Positions 50,958 to 54,203 of a stretch of 54,203 nucleotides of DNA are shown piece by piece. The stretch spans positions 9,576 to 63,778 of the forward strand of contig MQRK01226760.1 in assembly GCA_001938485.1 (NCBI GenBank), read 5' to 3'. This stretch comes from Girardia tigrina. Its lineage: Eukaryota. The notes under the pieces were generated by a model, which was not told the DNA's origin, did no database searches, and worked only from the letters and a program-made list of their open reading frames with translations. Numbering within the stretch: the stretch's first letter is position 1; every line of letters begins with the position of its first letter. Both the position numbers and the translations under genes were made by a program.

Positions 50958-51058
50958 TTTTCAATTGGCTTTCGACTTTTTATTTTAACGAGTTACCATT
51001 GTTTTTCAAATTCATTTAATGTTTAATTATTTATTTGATATCTGAACAAATGGATATC

Positions 51059-51801
51059 CATAGGCGCCCGCAGGACTTTTTCCAAGGGGTGCAAAATAAA
51101 AACATTCCATAGGTAGAAATTATCTAGGGGGGTAAATTTTAAAACTTCTACTGGGTAGAATTTTTTAAAAATAGCAATTTATTTACTTATTTATTTTCTT
51201 TCTCATCAATTTTTGAAATTATAAAACCATAAATCACATTGATAAACCACAGCTTACACAATAAACAACATTAAAAAGAAAATATCTAAATTGATATTTA
51301 TCAGAAGACGCTTTTTTTTCAAACATGTTTTATTTACAACCACAAATTATTCTGTGAAAAGAAATTGCAACTTCTCTTTTCTAACGCAAACCGATTAAGA
51401 ACATTTATAAAATATTGTTCTTGCATTTCGTCTATTATATGACGATGGACACTCATCTTCCAAAGGCCATTCAGTCTATTCTCTACCATAGTTTACCGTA
51501 ACTAGGTTTTTAACCTGTGTAGAGTACCAAATGACCTCTCTACTATACAAGTAGTAGCTGGAAGTGTCAATGACAAAGTAAGGGCCAAAGAAACAGAAGG
51601 ATAAAATACAGACAAATGATGTATTAAATCTAAGAATATCAGATTTTGAATCTCATTTATGGGTTTATTGTTCCAATATGCAAACCAAAATGTAGCATCT
51701 GCTGTGAAATTTTATTTACTATTTTTATTTTGTTTTTGTACATATTTAATTTTTATTCAAGGGGCAAATGCCCCTTGCTCCCCCCCTTCGGAGCGCCTAT
51801 G
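51059..51801 (-). mobile_element. internally deleted hAT transposon (743 bp)
   Basis: TIRs CATAGGCGC/GCGCCTATG; 8-bp TSD TGGATATC/TGGATATG; dimerisation-domain remnant TLPATTC..RSFGTLHRLKT*LR*TMVENRLNGL..MSVHR. Confidence 0.9.
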
Positions 51802-52328
51802 TGGATATGTCGAATATAATATTAATAATATATAAAAAATATTTTTATTACATAAATAACGTTTATATTAAATATCTAAGTTCATCTACAAATCTCATAG
51901 AAATTTCAAAAACATCCTTCTAACAATTTTATCACATTTATTTTAAAAAATAGAATAAAATTAAATTATAAAGACAAATATTTGTCTGTAAATGATGAAA
52001 TATATAAATGATGAAATAGATGAATCTATTATAAAAATGATGTATATCATAATCAAGTAAACATAATTTTATATTGCTAGTGTAAACAGACAGGGAAATT
52101 TGATAAGCATTTTAAGTTCATTGATTCAATTATGGGTTTATAAGGGGATTTGTATTGTGGGTTCCTCCGGCTGGTGGTTTCATTGAGAAAACGATGCAAT
52201 ATTCGTTTACTTTTAAATTAAATCTTTGGATTATTTTTTTCTATAAAACATATTCTTTTTAAGACATTGTTTTCATTATATATTATTTCAAAAATTAAGT
52301 GATGGTAGCTACGCAATTTTTACTACTA

Positions 52329-54120
52329 CCGTATTACTTCGATTTAACGCCGCCCTCGATTTAATGCCGCATCCTTATGCGATATTTTATAATAAACGCC
52401 GCATTAAAGAATAAAATTATACAATCAATCATAATTTATAATATAATATATCTAAAAGGAAGATTGTGTTTCAAGCACCAGTATAATTTTATTAATTAAA
52501 AAGTATTATATCATGTACTCATATTCCTATCTCATCGACGTCATCAATTTCATCATTCCCATCATCGTCTTCATCTTCGTCTTCGCTCATGTATGGTATA
52601 ATTTCTTGCACTGGATACATGAGTTCATCTCGAACTGATTCTGCAACTTCGCCTTTTCTAGTACAACTGATGACATCAGGATCGGAAGAAGTGATGTCAC
52701 ACACTTCGAAAGACTTGATAATTATTTCTTGTTACACGTTATTCCACGCTTCCTTTATCCATTTTGCCATGTCAGCCTTGCTGGGGGCGTGAGGATTTCC
52801 TGCAGGTGTACAACTAGCTGGTCCACTTTTATCTTGTAACCAATTTTCATAAAATTTGCGATACTTGTCTTTGAACGGCTTGTTCCACGACACATCCGCT
52901 GGTTGAAGAAACTTAGTGCCACCACGAGGAATGCATGCCATTGTTGTCTTTGAAGCTTTCAGAGCAGCACGTACCTCAGCGGTTAAATGGCAAAGGAATG
53001 AGTCCCATACCAAGAGTCTCTGATGAAAAGCAAAGTTACCCAACACCTTGTTAATCCACGTCATAGTGTTGTAAGGCTTCATCCAACCATTGTCAGACAG
53101 TTCAATGATAACGCTTCGTATTCCTACCAACTCTGTCGACATTCTTTTTCGTTTAAACACGACAAACGGAGGTAATTTATGCCCATTAGCCATAGCTGAC
53201 AGACACACTGTGATGCGACTTTTTTCATGTCCAGAAACATGCTGTACTCCACGAATATCTGCTGATGCATCTCCGGGAATATCCGCCATATTGCGATTTT
53301 GTTCATGTTGCCAATATTTTCTGGCCGCAGCAGATGTTGGCATCATTGCTCTTTGCAATAATAGACGAATTCTACAACCTTCTTTGTCAACTCTGGTGGA
53401 AGTCGTTGTCCAGTTAATGTTTTGCTACGGAGGACGAAATTATGACGCTCCATAAACTTTTCTACTCATCCACGGCTTGCTTTGAAATTGAGGTCGTTGG
53501 CTAGAGCATTAGCCTTGCTGCATATAGATTTGCGTGTAACTCAATGATAGAGTGAGCGCTCATTTAAAATCCACTGTCGTATTTTAATTTCCTTTTCTTC
53601 ATTATTAACTTGAAGACTAGCGCCAGGAAGACGTTGTCATTTTGAGGCTTTGCATGCTCCAATTAATGCATCCAAATCTGAAAACTTTCCAGCGGCTTCC
53701 TGTTGTCTCTACTCACGAATCCGTTTTTCGTCAACATGAAGCTGCGCTGCTGNTGGACGATTTCCTTTAATTTTTACTAGGTCGACAGCTCTGTTTGAAA
53801 GCAAAGTCATAAGATCGTTTGCTCATTGTTNTGTGTTCTTTGAATTAAAATATTTTTATATAAATGTAAATATATTTTTATAATTAAAAAATATGTAAAA
53901 AAAATTGTAATGATTATTTTTGTTAGTGAATGATTGCTATAATTTATAATTGTACAATTGTTATTTAAAAAAGTTAAGATTGTTTAAAAGAATAAAATTA
54001 AATACATAATTAATTACCGCATATTACTTTTCATTTCAATGATTACTAATTCGCATAATACTTATTCAATTATATATTATAATTATTATCAATTACAGGG
54101 TGCGGCAGCTATTTGAGAAC
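52329..54120 (-). mobile_element. pogo/Tc2-type DNA transposon; transposase pseudogene at 53826-52519
   Basis: TA followed by CCGTATTACTTCGATTTAACGCCGC TIR. MSKRSYDFAFK (Brinker-type DBD), FKASRG*VEKFMERH (CENP-B HTH), GHEKSRITV, LVWDSF, LQPADVSWNKPFK (DDE_1) and an acidic tail. The far TIR is uncertain. Confidence 0.92.
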
Positions 54121-54203
54121 AAAATGACATAAAGTTCAAAAAATGAATATACAACAGAAAAATAACATTTATTACAATTTAAAATTTTACATATATTAAC
54201 ACG

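Larger units (their letters stand above)
50320..51020 (-). mobile_element. Penelope-like element: GIY-YIG 3' fragment between inverted pLTR copies
   Basis: LIYQYTCNGCHVTYIGETSHHL...CEALNIRYLDPKINVQ. 50320-50414 and 50921-51020 are diverged inverted copies. Confidence 0.9.

Overview
Very AT-rich (roughly 75-80% AT by eye) eukaryotic scaffold with several N gaps and many (TA)n tracts. No intact host gene can be demonstrated. The window is mostly decayed and nested transposable elements. LTR retroelements: a degenerate Ty3/gypsy pol with PPT and 3' LTR (21168-23837), other gypsy gag and pol scraps, and a ~0.3-0.5 kb TG...TA solo-LTR-like family with 5-bp TSDs in at least six copies. Non-LTR elements: RTE-clade pieces, including a family with a C-terminal C2H2 zinc-finger tail in two copies, and R2/NeSL-type fragments. 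Penelope-like elements: at least six GIY-YIG 3' ends, most followed by a minimal hammerhead-ribozyme-like motif. DNA transposons: pogo, hAT, mariner, Tc1/IS630, Merlin-like, a piggyBac-type MITE and a foldback MITE. There is also a histone H2B pseudogene that keeps a 3' stem-loop-like hairpin. The TE mix suggests an AT-rich invertebrate such as a triclad flatworm; that is inference only. I found no clearly novel protein-coding system. The best leads are the Penelope hammerheads, the non-canonical TG...TA family and the zinc-finger-tailed RTE family.
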